A stretch of DNA of 64,000 nt from Candidatus Poribacteria bacterium (GCA_965116925.1 OZ220744.1:5088001-5152000); one strand, 5' to 3'. Numbered from the stretch's first letter, positions 10,140-20,383 are shown. Translations and numbers: made by a program. Notes: generated by a model not told the origin, from the sequence alone.

Positions 10140-10911
10140 CGGAGCCTCCCATCAAGATCCGAAGGGCTTCCTCAGTTTTCTGATCAATTCCACTGCTGGT
10201 ATCCGTGAGTTGTGTAAAAATCTGGTTCAGTGCTGTTTCGCTTGTCATCTTTCGCAGTTCATCAACCGTTGCATCGGCGATTAGTTTTCCTTGGTTGATA
10301 ATCATAATCCGTGGACAGAGCGTCTCCGCGACTTCAAGAATATGGGTACAGTACAAAATAGTTTTTCCCGCATCAGCGAGACGTTGTAGAATCGTTTTCA
10401 TGAGTGTGACTGTCGTCACATCCAAATTGGTGAAGGGTTCATCCAGAAACAGAACATCCGGATTGTGCAACAAAGCGGACATAATGAGCAGTTTCTGGCG
10501 CATCCCTTGCGAAAAACTACCTATCTTTTGCGTTCCCTGCGGCTCCATGTCAAAGAGTCGTGTGAGGTCATGTATCTTCTGGGCGATGAGCGTTTCTTCT
10601 ACATGATAGAGCCTACCCATCAGCTGAAGATGCTCGACTAAGGTCAAACTTTCGTATAGGTGTGCCTCTTCGGGGACGTACCCAACATGCCTTTTCAACG
10701 CCAACAACTCTGTTACAGCATCGTAACCGGCGACCGATATTTTGCCTCCCGTCGGCTCAAGCAAACCAACGAGCATCTTTAACGTCGTGCTTTTTCCCGC
10801 ACCGTTGGGTCCGAGATAACCCACGATCTGACCTTGTGGCACCTCAAAACTAATATCGTCAACAGCGACAGTCTTTCCATATCTCTTTGTGAGATGAGAG
10901 ACCTGAATCAT
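10132..10911 (-). CDS. ABC transporter ATP-binding protein
   Basis: Walker A GPNGAGKST, signature FSQGMRQ, Walker B LFLDEP. Confidence 0.95.
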   Translation of the reverse strand: MIQVSHLTKRYGKTVAVDDISFEVPQGQIVGYLGPNGAGKSTTLKMLVGLLEPTGGKISVAGYDAVTELLALKRHVGYVPEEAHLYESLTLVEHLQLMGRLYHVEETLIAQKIHDLTRLFDMEPQGTQKIGSFSQGMRQKLLIMSALLHNPDVLFLDEPFTNLDVTTVTLMKTILQRLADAGKTILYCTHILEVAETLCPRIMIINQGKLIADATVDELRKMTSETALNQIFTQLTDTSSGIDQKTEEALRILMGGSDA

Positions 10912-10984
10912 AGAAGCACTCCACGCGCTGAGTCGCTGTTTAGTATTTACCAGTTTTCCACAAAAATCCGCTTGCTACCGGAAT

Positions 10985-12457
10985 CTACGCTTCAAACAGG
11001 CTTGGGACTATCCGCTGCTGATAAGCATAATTCTCTTCCTGCGGCACCGTCGCTTCTTCCACCGGCAATGTGACTAATTTTCCCTCACGAATCGCAGCCT
11101 CAAACTCCGGACGGAATTTTCGCAGATAACTCACAGCGGGCCATGAGACAGCGATCCCAAAGACACAGATGGTGTTCCATGTCATGGTGTCCACATTTGC
11201 GATGTTATTCGCAACACTCTCTAACAGGTCAAGGTCTTCGTAAACCTCTTCCATCTCGCCGGTATCACCCCATCTGCCGCCCTCTGCAATCCCAAACTTA
11301 GGTCGCTGAATTGTCGTTTGCCGTCCCTCGCCGTCGGCGATTCGTTGGACAATATCTCGCACCCACGGTGTTCCCCAGCGACACGGCGTGCACTGCCCAC
11401 ACGATTCATGCGCGTAGAACTTCATGATGTTGAGGAGACAATCGACAATGTTCCGCGTTTCGTTCATGACGATAATACCGCCAGAACCGAGCATCGATTT
11501 CCAGAGTGTCAATGAGGTAAAGTCGAGCCGACATTCCAATTCATAGTGCGTCAAAATCGGTGCAGAACTACCGCCGGGGATCACAGCTTTTACACGCTCG
11601 CCCCTGACGCCGCCCGCAACTTCGATTAACTCCTCGGCGGTCAAACCGAGATCGAGTTCATACACGCCCGGCTTGTTCACATCCCCACTGATACAGTACA
11701 GTTTTGTTCCTGTGTTTGGATCCGATTGTGGCGGATCAAACCGGGTATCCCCATAGGTGCGTCCGATACTGGTATACCATTCGACTCCGTTCCCCATCAA
11801 GAAAGGTAGGTTACACAATGTTTCTACATTCTGCACAACTGTTGGCTTATGGAACAACCCTTCGACTGCGGGGAATGGTGGTTTCACACGCGGTTGCCCA
11901 CGTTTCCCTTCGAGGGATTCAATCAGTCCGGTCTCTTCGCCGCAGATGTACGCTCCGGCTCCCGGATGGGAGTAAACGTCCAGATCAAAACCGCTTCCTT
12001 GGATATTTTTCCCCAGATAGCCGTGCTGATATGCTTCTTCGATAGCGGCATCTAACATACGTTTACCGAGTGTAAATTCTCCACGAATGTAGATGTACGC
12101 GGTGTTAATCCCCATGGCATAGCAGCAGATTAAGATGCCTTCGATCAACAGATGTGGATTCTTCTCCAGAACGTAGCGGTTGCTGAACGTCCCCGGCTCA
12201 CTCTCATCGGCGTTGCAACAAAGGTAACGAGGCTCAATATCTCTGGGCACAAAACTCCACTTCAGCCCGGTTGAAAACCCTGCGCCACCACGCCCTTTCA
12301 GCCCGGATTTCATCACCATATCACAAATATCTTCCGGCTGATACTCCTTGATTGCTTTCTCGAAGTGCTTATAGCCGTCGTACTGACGAAATACATCAAA
12401 TGTATTGATATCTGGTACATCCAGATGTTCGTAGAGAATCCGTCTTTCTTGGACCAT
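10985..12457 (-). CDS. nuoF: NADH-quinone oxidoreductase subunit F
   Basis: SGLKGRGGAGF, NADESEPGTF, GAGAYICGEETGLIESLEG, ESCGQCTPCR motifs. Confidence 0.97.
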   Translation of the reverse strand: MVQERRILYEHLDVPDINTFDVFRQYDGYKHFEKAIKEYQPEDICDMVMKSGLKGRGGAGFSTGLKWSFVPRDIEPRYLCCNADESEPGTFSNRYVLEKNPHLLIEGILICCYAMGINTAYIYIRGEFTLGKRMLDAAIEEAYQHGYLGKNIQGSGFDLDVYSHPGAGAYICGEETGLIESLEGKRGQPRVKPPFPAVEGLFHKPTVVQNVETLCNLPFLMGNGVEWYTSIGRTYGDTRFDPPQSDPNTGTKLYCISGDVNKPGVYELDLGLTAEELIEVAGGVRGERVKAVIPGGSSAPILTHYELECRLDFTSLTLWKSMLGSGGIIVMNETRNIVDCLLNIMKFYAHESCGQCTPCRWGTPWVRDIVQRIADGEGRQTTIQRPKFGIAEGGRWGDTGEMEEVYEDLDLLESVANNIANVDTMTWNTICVFGIAVSWPAVSYLRKFRPEFEAAIREGKLVTLPVEEATVPQEENYAYQQRIVPSLFEA

Positions 12458-12480
12458 GAGTCGTTACCAACCTTTTGCCT

Positions 12481-13002
12481 CTACTCTAAGCCATCCAAAA
12501 TCTCATCCATCTTTTCCGGCGTGAGATTCTTATACAAGTCATCGTTAACCATTACGACAGGTGCGACATCACAGGATGCCAGACACTCTGATTTCAGTAA
12601 AGTAAATTTCCCATCTGGCGTGGTCCCTTTTGCCAAGTCTGTTTCAGAAGCCACATCTATATCAAATTTTTGTTTGATATGCTCTAGCACCAATTTACAA
12701 TCTCTCAACGCACAGGGGAGTGTGTAGCAAACGCGGATAACATATTTACCGACAGGTTCCTCGAAGAACATTGGGTAAAATGTTACCACGTCTTTAACCT
12801 TCATCACCGGCAATTCCAAAAGTTCAGCGACATGCTCCATCACCGCGGGACTGATATAACCTGCCTGTTTCTGTGCTAGATGCAGTGTGGGGAGCATTGC
12901 AGCTTCCTTCACCGGGTAGCACTGAATCAGTTTATCAAACTCCTGCTGATTTTCCTCTGAAAACTGGAATGGCGTTTCTATTTGAATAAGCTCATTGGAC
13001 AT
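12481..13002 (-). CDS. nuoE: NADH-quinone oxidoreductase subunit E
   Basis: VVTFYPMF, CYTLPC and ECLASCDVAP 2Fe-2S motifs. Confidence 0.96.
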   Translation of the reverse strand: MSNELIQIETPFQFSEENQQEFDKLIQCYPVKEAAMLPTLHLAQKQAGYISPAVMEHVAELLELPVMKVKDVVTFYPMFFEEPVGKYVIRVCYTLPCALRDCKLVLEHIKQKFDIDVASETDLAKGTTPDGKFTLLKSECLASCDVAPVVMVNDDLYKNLTPEKMDEILDGLE

Positions 13003-13131
13003 CTACTCATTCCTTCTGATTTGGTTCATTGGTGCACTGGTTCATTAATGAACGAATGTACTAATGAACTCGAAGGCATTGCAACTTTGCGTTAAATTCC
13101 GCTTGTTTTCTAGCTTTCTGCGTTATCCCCG

Positions 13132-13845
13132 TTAGTCTGAGGGACGATCGCGCAAACCCACAACAATCGCTATACCAACAATCAAGACCGTAGCGACTCC
13201 TAAACAGATAAGTAACAGCCAAGAGGGTTCTTTTTTGGTCATTTTTATAGGTATATAGTGCTCCCCACCAGCAACAACTGTGACCGGATTGTCAATGCGA
13301 TCGCCGTAACCCTCCTTGTAACAACTCAGCAGATAGCGACCGGGGGCTACTCCGACTATCGCGAATTCTCCGTTGCTAGCTGTTTCCCCTTCAGTTTCGA
13401 GTCCGCTAGCTGCGACAACAACGACTCGGGCCCCTTCTACGGGGAGTTCTGCTGGGACCCGCTCCATCGAACTATCTGAGACATTACCACGAACTGCTCC
13501 CGTTTTTGCTTTTTCAGCTGTCCTTAGCGACACCTCGTGGTTACCACCGGCAATGACTGTAACCGGTTTGTCGACAACGTCCCAGTGCCTGTCTTTATAG
13601 CAACTCAACAAATAACGACCGGGTGCCAATCCGACCATCTCGAATGCACCATTTTTGTCTGTCTCTGCTACAGTTTCCGATCCGTCATCGGCGACGAGAA
13701 TAACTCGGACCCCTTCGATTGGGAGAGGCGTCGTTGAGGTATCAATCACACGACCACGGACTGCCCCAGTTATAAGATTTTGAGAAAAAACCGCCCCGGA
13801 AATAAGCCATAGACAGCATGATAAAAGAAGGGTTAACCGTTTCAT
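13132..13845 (-). CDS. Secreted, membrane-anchored protein with two tandem carboxypeptidase-regulatory-like (CnaB-type) domains
   Basis: Signal peptide, two ~90-aa repeats (TGAVRG.V.D...P.EG.RV...G.F..VG.APGRYLLSCYK), C-terminal TM helix. Confidence 0.8.
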   Translation of the reverse strand: MKRLTLLLSCCLWLISGAVFSQNLITGAVRGRVIDTSTTPLPIEGVRVILVADDGSETVAETDKNGAFEMVGLAPGRYLLSCYKDRHWDVVDKPVTVIAGGNHEVSLRTAEKAKTGAVRGNVSDSSMERVPAELPVEGARVVVVAASGLETEGETASNGEFAIVGVAPGRYLLSCYKEGYGDRIDNPVTVVAGGEHYIPIKMTKKEPSWLLLICLGVATVLIVGIAIVVGLRDRPSD

Positions 13846-13979
13846 ATTTCCGTCCCGATCTACGATGTGTTTCTATTGAACGGTTCCCAGCAGATACCAA
13901 ATAACCCAGTTACAGGTTGATTTCCTCCGTTTTGCTAGCGTAGAGATCATCCACATACCGCGGGACTCAAATTTTTATA

Positions 13980-15176
13980 TTACCGATCCAATTCCCCTGC
14001 AATAATATTTAGACTACCCAGTACGGCGACGATGTCTGATACCATACCACCCTCAATCATGTGAGGCACCGCCTGAAAGTGTATAAAGCTGGGGGGACGA
14101 ATACGGATGCGGTACGCCTTACCGCTGCCGTCACTGACGATATAAAATCCCAGTTCACCGTTCGGGGACTCGGTGGCACAATAGACTTCACCTGCAGGAG
14201 GCTGGACCCCATGCCCATCCATAATAATCTTAAAGTGGTGGATCAAACCTTCGATATTCCCATAGGCGTCCTCTTTTGTCGGCAGGCTAATTTTATAGTC
14301 ATCCACATTGACGGGCCCATCGGGCAGGTTATCCAGTGCCTGCTGGACAATTTGACCGCTCTGAATCATCTCTTCCATTCGCACGAGGTAACGATCGTAA
14401 ACATCGCCGTTGGCACCTACCGGCACATCAAAATCGAAATTCTCATAGAGGGAGTACGGCTCTGCTTTTCTTAAATCCCAATCCACTCCAGAGGCACGCA
14501 GACATGGGCCTGTAAACCCATAATCAATTGCATCTTCGGCTGACACCACCCCAACGCCTTTGGTGCGATCCATCCAAATCCGGTTTCGGGTCAGCAGCGT
14601 ATGTACCTCTTTCAGAGTTTTCGGAAAGGTGCTCAGGAACGTCCGGACATCTTCCTCAAAACCGTCGTATATATCTCTCATCAACCCACCAACACGGGTG
14701 TAGCTGGTAGTCAGGCGGGCACCAGTGGTTTTCTCAAAAATGCTGTACAATTTCTCCCGTTCTTCAAAGCCGTATAGCATCACTGTGAATGCCCCGAGGT
14801 CTAATGCCCCCATACCGAGCCAAACCATGTGATCTGCGATGCGGGAGAGCTCGGCAAGGATCACGCGAACGTATTCACAACGCTCCGGGACCTGGATATC
14901 CAGCAGCTTTTCCACAGCAAGGACATAACCGAAGTTGTTAGACAACGGTGAGAGATAGTTCATCCGGTCGGTTACAACGATATACTGATTGTAGTCCTGG
15001 TGCTCTCCTAGTTTCTCAAAACCAGTGTGCAGGTAACCGAGATGAGGCGTGGCTTTCAAGACGGTTTCGCCATCAAGTTCCACGACAATTCTAAGTGTGC
15101 CGTGAGTTGCCGGATGCTGGGGACCGAAATTCAGGGTCATCGGTTCGCCGGGCACTCGATTTGGATCTTTTCGCAT
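13980..15176 (-). CDS. nuoD: NADH-quinone oxidoreductase subunit D
   Basis: NFGPQHPATHGTLR, GYLHTGFEK, ESPNGELGFY, C-terminal GELDR. Confidence 0.97.
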   Translation of the reverse strand: MRKDPNRVPGEPMTLNFGPQHPATHGTLRIVVELDGETVLKATPHLGYLHTGFEKLGEHQDYNQYIVVTDRMNYLSPLSNNFGYVLAVEKLLDIQVPERCEYVRVILAELSRIADHMVWLGMGALDLGAFTVMLYGFEEREKLYSIFEKTTGARLTTSYTRVGGLMRDIYDGFEEDVRTFLSTFPKTLKEVHTLLTRNRIWMDRTKGVGVVSAEDAIDYGFTGPCLRASGVDWDLRKAEPYSLYENFDFDVPVGANGDVYDRYLVRMEEMIQSGQIVQQALDNLPDGPVNVDDYKISLPTKEDAYGNIEGLIHHFKIIMDGHGVQPPAGEVYCATESPNGELGFYIVSDGSGKAYRIRIRPPSFIHFQAVPHMIEGGMVSDIVAVLGSLNIIAGELDR

Positions 15177-15240
15177 CTCTTTTTCTCCAATGGAGAGTCG
15201 GGATTGTCCGCTGATAATTAAAAAGTAATCCTAAAGTGTA

Positions 15241-15816
15241 CTACACATTCTGTTCTTCAAAGTTAAAGGTTTCGCGTTCCCCACGACCACGCAGAGGATA
15301 ATCCTTACGAAGCGGATACCCTTCATAATCATCGGGCATCAGGATTCGGCGGAGATCTGGATGGTCCTCAAAGGTAATCCCGAACATATCGTATGTTTCA
15401 CGCTCTAGCCAATTCGCCACCTTCCAGATAGATGTCATTGACGGGATGCTGAGTGCTTTTTCATGAAGGGGAACCTTAACGCGCAAACGTGCTTTCTTTT
15501 CTGTCGAAAGCAGATGATAGACGACAGTGAACCGTGCGTAGTCGTGTTTCATCAGAACATCTTCCATCAAAGAATAATCAACCGCTGTGACATCAGCAAG
15601 AAAATTGTATGAGAGTTCTGAATCGTTTTTCAAGAACACCATCAACTCATGGATGCCCTCTTTACGCACCGTGATTGTCAGTTCGCCTCGTGCGTCGGAA
15701 ACGTCAAGGATCGCATCAGGGTATTGTTCTTGAACTTTTTGAACCACAAGCGGCTGCTGTGCTTCAGCAGTTACTTCTCCGTCTGCATCGGGATTTGAAA
15801 CCTGCTCTTCACTCAT
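15241..15816 (-). CDS. nuoC: NADH-quinone oxidoreductase subunit C
   Basis: ANWLERETYDMFGI.F..HPDLRRILMP...YPLRKDYPL. Confidence 0.97.
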   Translation of the reverse strand: MSEEQVSNPDADGEVTAEAQQPLVVQKVQEQYPDAILDVSDARGELTITVRKEGIHELMVFLKNDSELSYNFLADVTAVDYSLMEDVLMKHDYARFTVVYHLLSTEKKARLRVKVPLHEKALSIPSMTSIWKVANWLERETYDMFGITFEDHPDLRRILMPDDYEGYPLRKDYPLRGRGERETFNFEEQNV

Positions 15817-15839
15817 CGGGTTTAGTCCTCTAGGTCAAG

Positions 15840-16340
15840 TTAGCTAGCAATCGCTCCACTCTGCCTTTTAGGGGAGACACTCTCTTGTTCCACAATGCGT
15901 TGAATCTGTATCACAGCATCAATGAGATCTTCAGGGCGTGGTGGGCAGCCGGGAATGTAAATATCAACAGGGATGAACCCATCCACACCTTGTACTAAGG
16001 TATAGGTATCAAAAACACCGCCCGTAGAGGCACATGCTCCCATTGAGATAACCCATTTCGGGTCGGGCATCTGGTCGTAGATTTTTTTCAGGACCGGCAT
16101 CATTTTAATGGAGATGCGGCCCGAAACAATCAACAAGTCGGACTGGCGCGGCGAAAATCGAATCGCCTCTGCACCAAAACGTGAGAGGTCGAATTTCGAC
16201 GCTAGGGTTGCCATCATTTCAATGGCACAACAGGCAGTGCCGAAGGGCATTGGCCAGAGGGAGTTTTTTCGTCCCCAATTCACAAATTTATCAATAGTGG
16301 TGGTGAATATATTATCTCCAAGTTGACTTTCTAATCCCAC
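15840..16340 (-). CDS. nuoB: NADH-quinone oxidoreductase subunit B
   Basis: SLWPMPFGTACCAIEMM, SPRQSD, GACASTGG, YIPGCPPRPE; likely GTG start overlapping the end of nuoA. Confidence 0.97.
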   Translation of the reverse strand: MGLESQLGDNIFTTTIDKFVNWGRKNSLWPMPFGTACCAIEMMATLASKFDLSRFGAEAIRFSPRQSDLLIVSGRISIKMMPVLKKIYDQMPDPKWVISMGACASTGGVFDTYTLVQGVDGFIPVDIYIPGCPPRPEDLIDAVIQIQRIVEQESVSPKRQSGAIAS

Positions 16341-16699
16341 GATAGACCGCCTTTCTTCCAAGCATAGATGTAACCTAAAAAGAGAATACCGATGAAGACC
16401 AGCATCTCAATAAGGATAAAATAGCCGCTGCTCTCTGTAAATTTCTTAAAGACAACTGCCCACGGATAGAGGAAAACGACCTCAATATCAAAAATGATAA
16501 AGAGCATCGCAATGAGACCAAAGCGGATGGAAATCCTTTGCCGCGTGTCTCCGACCGGTTGGACGCCAGATTCGTAAACGGAGAGCTTAGCTTGCGTCGA
16601 TTTCTTTGGCCCAATCAGGTGAGTCAGGGCGAGGTTTACCGCCGCAAAGCCGATGGCAAAAACGAGTAACAACAGTATGGGTAAGTAATCGGTCAACAT
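16331..16699 (-). CDS. nuoA: NADH-quinone oxidoreductase subunit A
   Basis: YESGVQP, FIIFDIEVVFLYPWA, YAWKKGGLSW. Confidence 0.97.
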   Translation of the reverse strand: MLTDYLPILLLLVFAIGFAAVNLALTHLIGPKKSTQAKLSVYESGVQPVGDTRQRISIRFGLIAMLFIIFDIEVVFLYPWAVVFKKFTESSGYFILIEMLVFIGILFLGYIYAWKKGGLSWD

Positions 16700-16749
16700 T
16701 GTTAAGCTATGGGGCGTTTTTAGCCGAAAATAAGATTATTGAATGTCGG

Positions 16750-16767
16750 TTGTGAAATGTTTCACAT
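16750..16767. promoter_or_regulatory. Rex operator-like palindrome upstream of nuoA
   Basis: TTGTGAA-ATGT-TTCACAT, one mismatch to the Rex consensus TTGTGAANNNNTTCACAA, about 50 bp upstream of nuoA. Confidence 0.7.
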
Positions 16768-16844
16768 ACTCAAACTAAAAAAGAATGGGCTTCATCTTCA
16801 GCCCACTATACTTTATTCACACGGTTCTAATTTTCCAAAAGATT

Positions 16845-16873
16845 ATTATTTCACATTTTGAAAAAACTGTCAA
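16845..16873 (-). promoter_or_regulatory. Putative sigma70 promoter of the nuo operon
   Basis: Minus strand TTGACA-N17-AATAAT. Confidence 0.55.
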
Positions 16874-16906
16874 GTCTTTTTTCGGCAAAAAAGCATAAAT
16901 TCTTGG

Positions 16907-17314
16907 TTAATCATCCAACATAAGCAGCGGGCGATTATACCGTGCTCGAATCCGATTTATCATCGACAGCACGCGTGGACGCGCAATAATCTTACGTTCT
17001 ACCCATCGCTTACCGGGGAAATCGCAAAGGATAACGCCGACAAGCGCGCTCAGAACACCTGGGCCCGGCGTAAATATCATGATGAATCCGGCAATCAAAA
17101 AAACCGTACCGCACACATTCTTCAAGAGGCGCAGAAACAGACGTAAAACAGGGTTCTTTATACGACTCACCCGTTTCTTCCGAGTGAAATAGTCCGGCGG
17201 TAACGAAATAAGCAGCAGCGAAATACTCGCAAGCGTTGCGAGAGTTGTAACAATAATAATTATAGGTAGAATTAGGAAAAACAACAGCCAGTGAGCTTTA
17301 ATAAATTCGATCAC
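16907..17314 (-). CDS. PGPGW-domain-like small membrane protein
   Basis: LPPDYF, KNVCG...AG..M.FTPGPG...DFPGKR pattern. Confidence 0.7.
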   Translation of the reverse strand: MIEFIKAHWLLFFLILPIIIIVTTLATLASISLLLISLPPDYFTRKKRVSRIKNPVLRLFLRLLKNVCGTVFLIAGFIMIFTPGPGVLSALVGVILCDFPGKRWVERKIIARPRVLSMINRIRARYNRPLLMLDD

Positions 17315-17386
17315 AGATAATACTTCTTCTCTCCTTTTGGTAGGGAACGTAAATCGGCGTTCCTTACTTTGTTCCCTAACTACTGT

Positions 17387-18160
17387 TCATCGGCGAGCGA
17401 CCGCACCACCGTCAAGTGTCATAATATCACCGCTTATATAAGCCGCCTCATCAGAGGCAAGAAATAGTACCGCGCCGATATAGTCCCATACAGTTGCGCG
17501 CCTATCTAACGGAGGAGCATCCGCTGGAGCGGGAAGCAGATCTGGCAAGGAATTATCTCGTGGTAGATTCTGCGGGGAATTGATGCCTGTAGGCGCACCG
17601 CCGCCGGGGGCAATCGCATTGACGGTAATCCCATAGGGACGCAATTCAAGGGCGAGGCTACGGGTCAGTCTGTTCAACGCCGCTTTGCTGACACAGTAAC
17701 TGAGGACGCCCTCGTGCGATTCTTCCGCAAAAATTGACGAGTTGTTGATAATGCGTCCACGAATCCCCTGCTCACGCATCACCTTCGCTGCAGCTTGGGC
17801 GCACAGCAGACACCCTGTAACGTTAACAGCCATGACACGATTGAAATCTTCAGCAGTTATTTCAAATAACTTGCCCCTGCCCAGAATGCCCGCATTATTG
17901 AACAAAATATCCAATCGTCCAAATGTTTCAACGGTGGTGTCAACAGCCGCTTGCACCTCCTCTGGAACGGTCACATCTAACGGTATAGCGATTGCCTGAC
18001 CCCCTTCGTTTTGAACCTCTGCGGCAACTGCATCCGCCATCCGTCCGCCCGCAACGACGACCGCTGCGCCTTCGCGCGCAAATGCCAGACATGCTGCCCT
18101 ACCGATCCCAAGCGGACCCCCGCCGCCTGTTACAAAAACAACCCGGTTTTCAAAGCGCAT
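17387..18160 (-). CDS. Short-chain dehydrogenase/reductase (SDR)
   Basis: VTGGGGPLGIG, NNAG, YCVSK (YxxxK), VNAIAPG. Confidence 0.93.
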   Translation of the reverse strand: MRFENRVVFVTGGGGPLGIGRAACLAFAREGAAVVVAGGRMADAVAAEVQNEGGQAIAIPLDVTVPEEVQAAVDTTVETFGRLDILFNNAGILGRGKLFEITAEDFNRVMAVNVTGCLLCAQAAAKVMREQGIRGRIINNSSIFAEESHEGVLSYCVSKAALNRLTRSLALELRPYGITVNAIAPGGGAPTGINSPQNLPRDNSLPDLLPAPADAPPLDRRATVWDYIGAVLFLASDEAAYISGDIMTLDGGAVARR

Positions 18161-18321
18161 CTTTCCCCTCCATCTTATATCAGCAGACCGCCGTTATGAT
18201 ACCACGCATGACCACCAACGTGCAATCAAAAATCGTGGTAATCCGTTGACGTTTTGGTTAGGGTGTGATAGGATAGGAAAAAAGATTGGTGTATGTAAAA
18301 AGTAAAGCGCAAAACACGAAG

Positions 18322-18489
18322 AGAAACCGAGTTTTTTCGGCAAAACTCGGTTTCTGTTGGACTTCGCCCGTGCTTACCAAAGACTCGGTTCTGTTACACC
18401 CCGCCCGGATTTACTCTATAAACCCGTAGGCGGGGCATCTTGCCCCGCCCGTACTCCAAAGACTCGGTTCTGTTACACCATTTCTTAAC
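18322..18489. repeat. AGAAACCGAGTTTT-N-AAAACTCGGTTTCT palindromic repeat element with internal GTAG REP
   Basis: Same palindrome recurs at about 23262, 24300, 46389 and 59161, usually followed by ATTTCTTAACRTGA. Confidence 0.8.
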
Positions 18490-18519
18490 ATGAACCAAAA
18501 GATTGAAGGAAGGAGATCG

Positions 18520-20154
18520 GTGGCGTTGAAAACATTCGCAGAAACACTCATCCAGATGTTGGATGATTTTGGTATTCGATATATTTTTGGCATCCCCAGT
18601 GGTCCTTGGACACCGTTTATGGAAGCGATGCGTCAAAGCAATGTAGAGTTTGTGTTGGTCAGCAATGAGGCATCCGCGGGGTTCATGGCTGATGTTTGTG
18701 CGCGGTTGACAGGCAAACCGGGGGTCTGTTACGGCACTTTTGGACCCGGTGCCACGAACCTGAGCACAGGAATCGCAAACGCGCTGCTGGATCGCTCCCC
18801 AGTGCTTGCCTTGACCTCACAGGTTCCAACAGCGATGCGGACGCGAATGACGCAGATGAAAATCGATCATCAGGCACTGTTTCAGCCAATTTCAAAGTGG
18901 ACTGCCGAACTTTCCGCCGACAACCTGCGTGAAACGGTAATCAAAGCCGTTGATATCGCCCGTCAAGAGGTTCCGGGTCCCGTCCATCTCGGCATCCCGT
19001 CGGAACTTGGGGATACACCTGTACCGGATTATGAAAACGTTGTCAGCGACATAATCAGTCATCAACACCGAGTTGTTACGCCTACCGCTGAATCAATACA
19101 GCAGGTAGAGCAGTTGATGAGATCTGCCAAAAAGCCGATTATCGCATTGGGTTTGAGTGTGACACGCGCTGATGCCCAAACAGTCGTAAACCAGTTTCTG
19201 GAGAAACAGGGTCTCCCTGTCATTCTTACACCGATGGCGAAGGGAATAATTTCTGAAGAAAGCCCATACTACGCCGGTGTCCTGTTCCACGCCCTCTCCG
19301 ATCAGGTTGCGAAGACGCACAGCGAGGCGGATCTGGTCATCGCTATCGGCTACGATGTCGTGGAATTCAATTACGAGGAGTGGTTGCCGAACGCCCCGGT
19401 CGTTCATATTGATACCGTTGCCGCCGATATTGATCCCGATTACGAGGTCTGCGAAATCATCGGTGATATCCGCCAAACGCTTGAGATGATGTTGCGTTTT
19501 CCAAAATTCGACTACGACTGGTGTGCTGAAGAACTCCAAGATCGCAAAAAGAAATTGTTCGCCGACCTTTCACCTGATACACCGAATTTCTCACCACACC
19601 ATGCCTTGAACATCTTGCGGGAGGTGCTCCCTGACGATGGGATTATGACGTGCGATGTCGGAGCGCATACCCACCTCATCGGACAGCTCTGGAAGACATA
19701 TCGTTGGGGCAATCAAATTATGACAAACGGGGGATCATCGATGGGGTTTGGGATTCCCTCAGCGATCGCTGCCAAGTTGTGCTGCCCAGATCGGCAGGTC
19801 GCCTGTGTGACCGGCGATGGTGGGTTTTTAATGATGGCAGGAGAGATGGCAACCGCTATCAATCTGGGAACCCCCGTCGTTTTTGTGATATTGACGGATC
19901 AGAATCTCCAGTTAATCAAAATTAAGCAGGAACGGAAAGGCTTTCCGCAATACGGCACACGCCTTTTCGGAGATGCCTATAACCCCGCCCACACCTATTT
20001 CGGCGTCCCAGTCCTTGTCGCAAAGGATGAAGAGACCTATCGATCCGCGCTGATCAAAGCGTTTGACATGAACGCGCCTGTCATTGTCGAAGCGTTTGTC
20101 GATCCAGCAGAATACGATGATTTAATCCTCAAACCGCACCGGGTGGAAGAATAA
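18520..20154 (+). CDS. Thiamine pyrophosphate-binding enzyme (acetolactate synthase large-subunit family)
   Basis: IFGIPSG, NEASAGFMA, GPGATN, TGDGGFLM TPP motif; likely GTG start after AGGAG (ORF open from 18490). Confidence 0.9.
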   Translation: MALKTFAETLIQMLDDFGIRYIFGIPSGPWTPFMEAMRQSNVEFVLVSNEASAGFMADVCARLTGKPGVCYGTFGPGATNLSTGIANALLDRSPVLALTSQVPTAMRTRMTQMKIDHQALFQPISKWTAELSADNLRETVIKAVDIARQEVPGPVHLGIPSELGDTPVPDYENVVSDIISHQHRVVTPTAESIQQVEQLMRSAKKPIIALGLSVTRADAQTVVNQFLEKQGLPVILTPMAKGIISEESPYYAGVLFHALSDQVAKTHSEADLVIAIGYDVVEFNYEEWLPNAPVVHIDTVAADIDPDYEVCEIIGDIRQTLEMMLRFPKFDYDWCAEELQDRKKKLFADLSPDTPNFSPHHALNILREVLPDDGIMTCDVGAHTHLIGQLWKTYRWGNQIMTNGGSSMGFGIPSAIAAKLCCPDRQVACVTGDGGFLMMAGEMATAINLGTPVVFVILTDQNLQLIKIKQERKGFPQYGTRLFGDAYNPAHTYFGVPVLVAKDEETYRSALIKAFDMNAPVIVEAFVDPAEYDDLILKPHRVEE

Positions 20155-20236
20155 TGCGTAACGAGTAACGCGTAAGATTGTTTCTTTACGCATTACGTAT
20201 TATGTGTTCGGGATTCAAAGCAGTCTGCGGTTGATT

Positions 20237-20343
20237 TATAGTGAATTTAAAAAATAAATAGACGCTTTCGCCCCCATGTTTGGTAGGTGCTGTTTCCAAC
20301 TGCGCCGGTTTTGACTGTCTCATTAATTCTCAGGTCCACTATA
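20237..20343. mobile_element. IS630-related MITE
   Basis: Ends TATAGTGAATTTAAAAAATAAATAGAC...TGTCTCATTAATTCTCAGGTCCACTATA, flanked by TA; ends resemble the IS630 at 49264-50173; near-identical copy at 61824-61931. Confidence 0.75.
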
Positions 20344-20383
20344 AGTCACTAAAGGCTTATTCTCTACTTAGGGAGGGAAAGTT

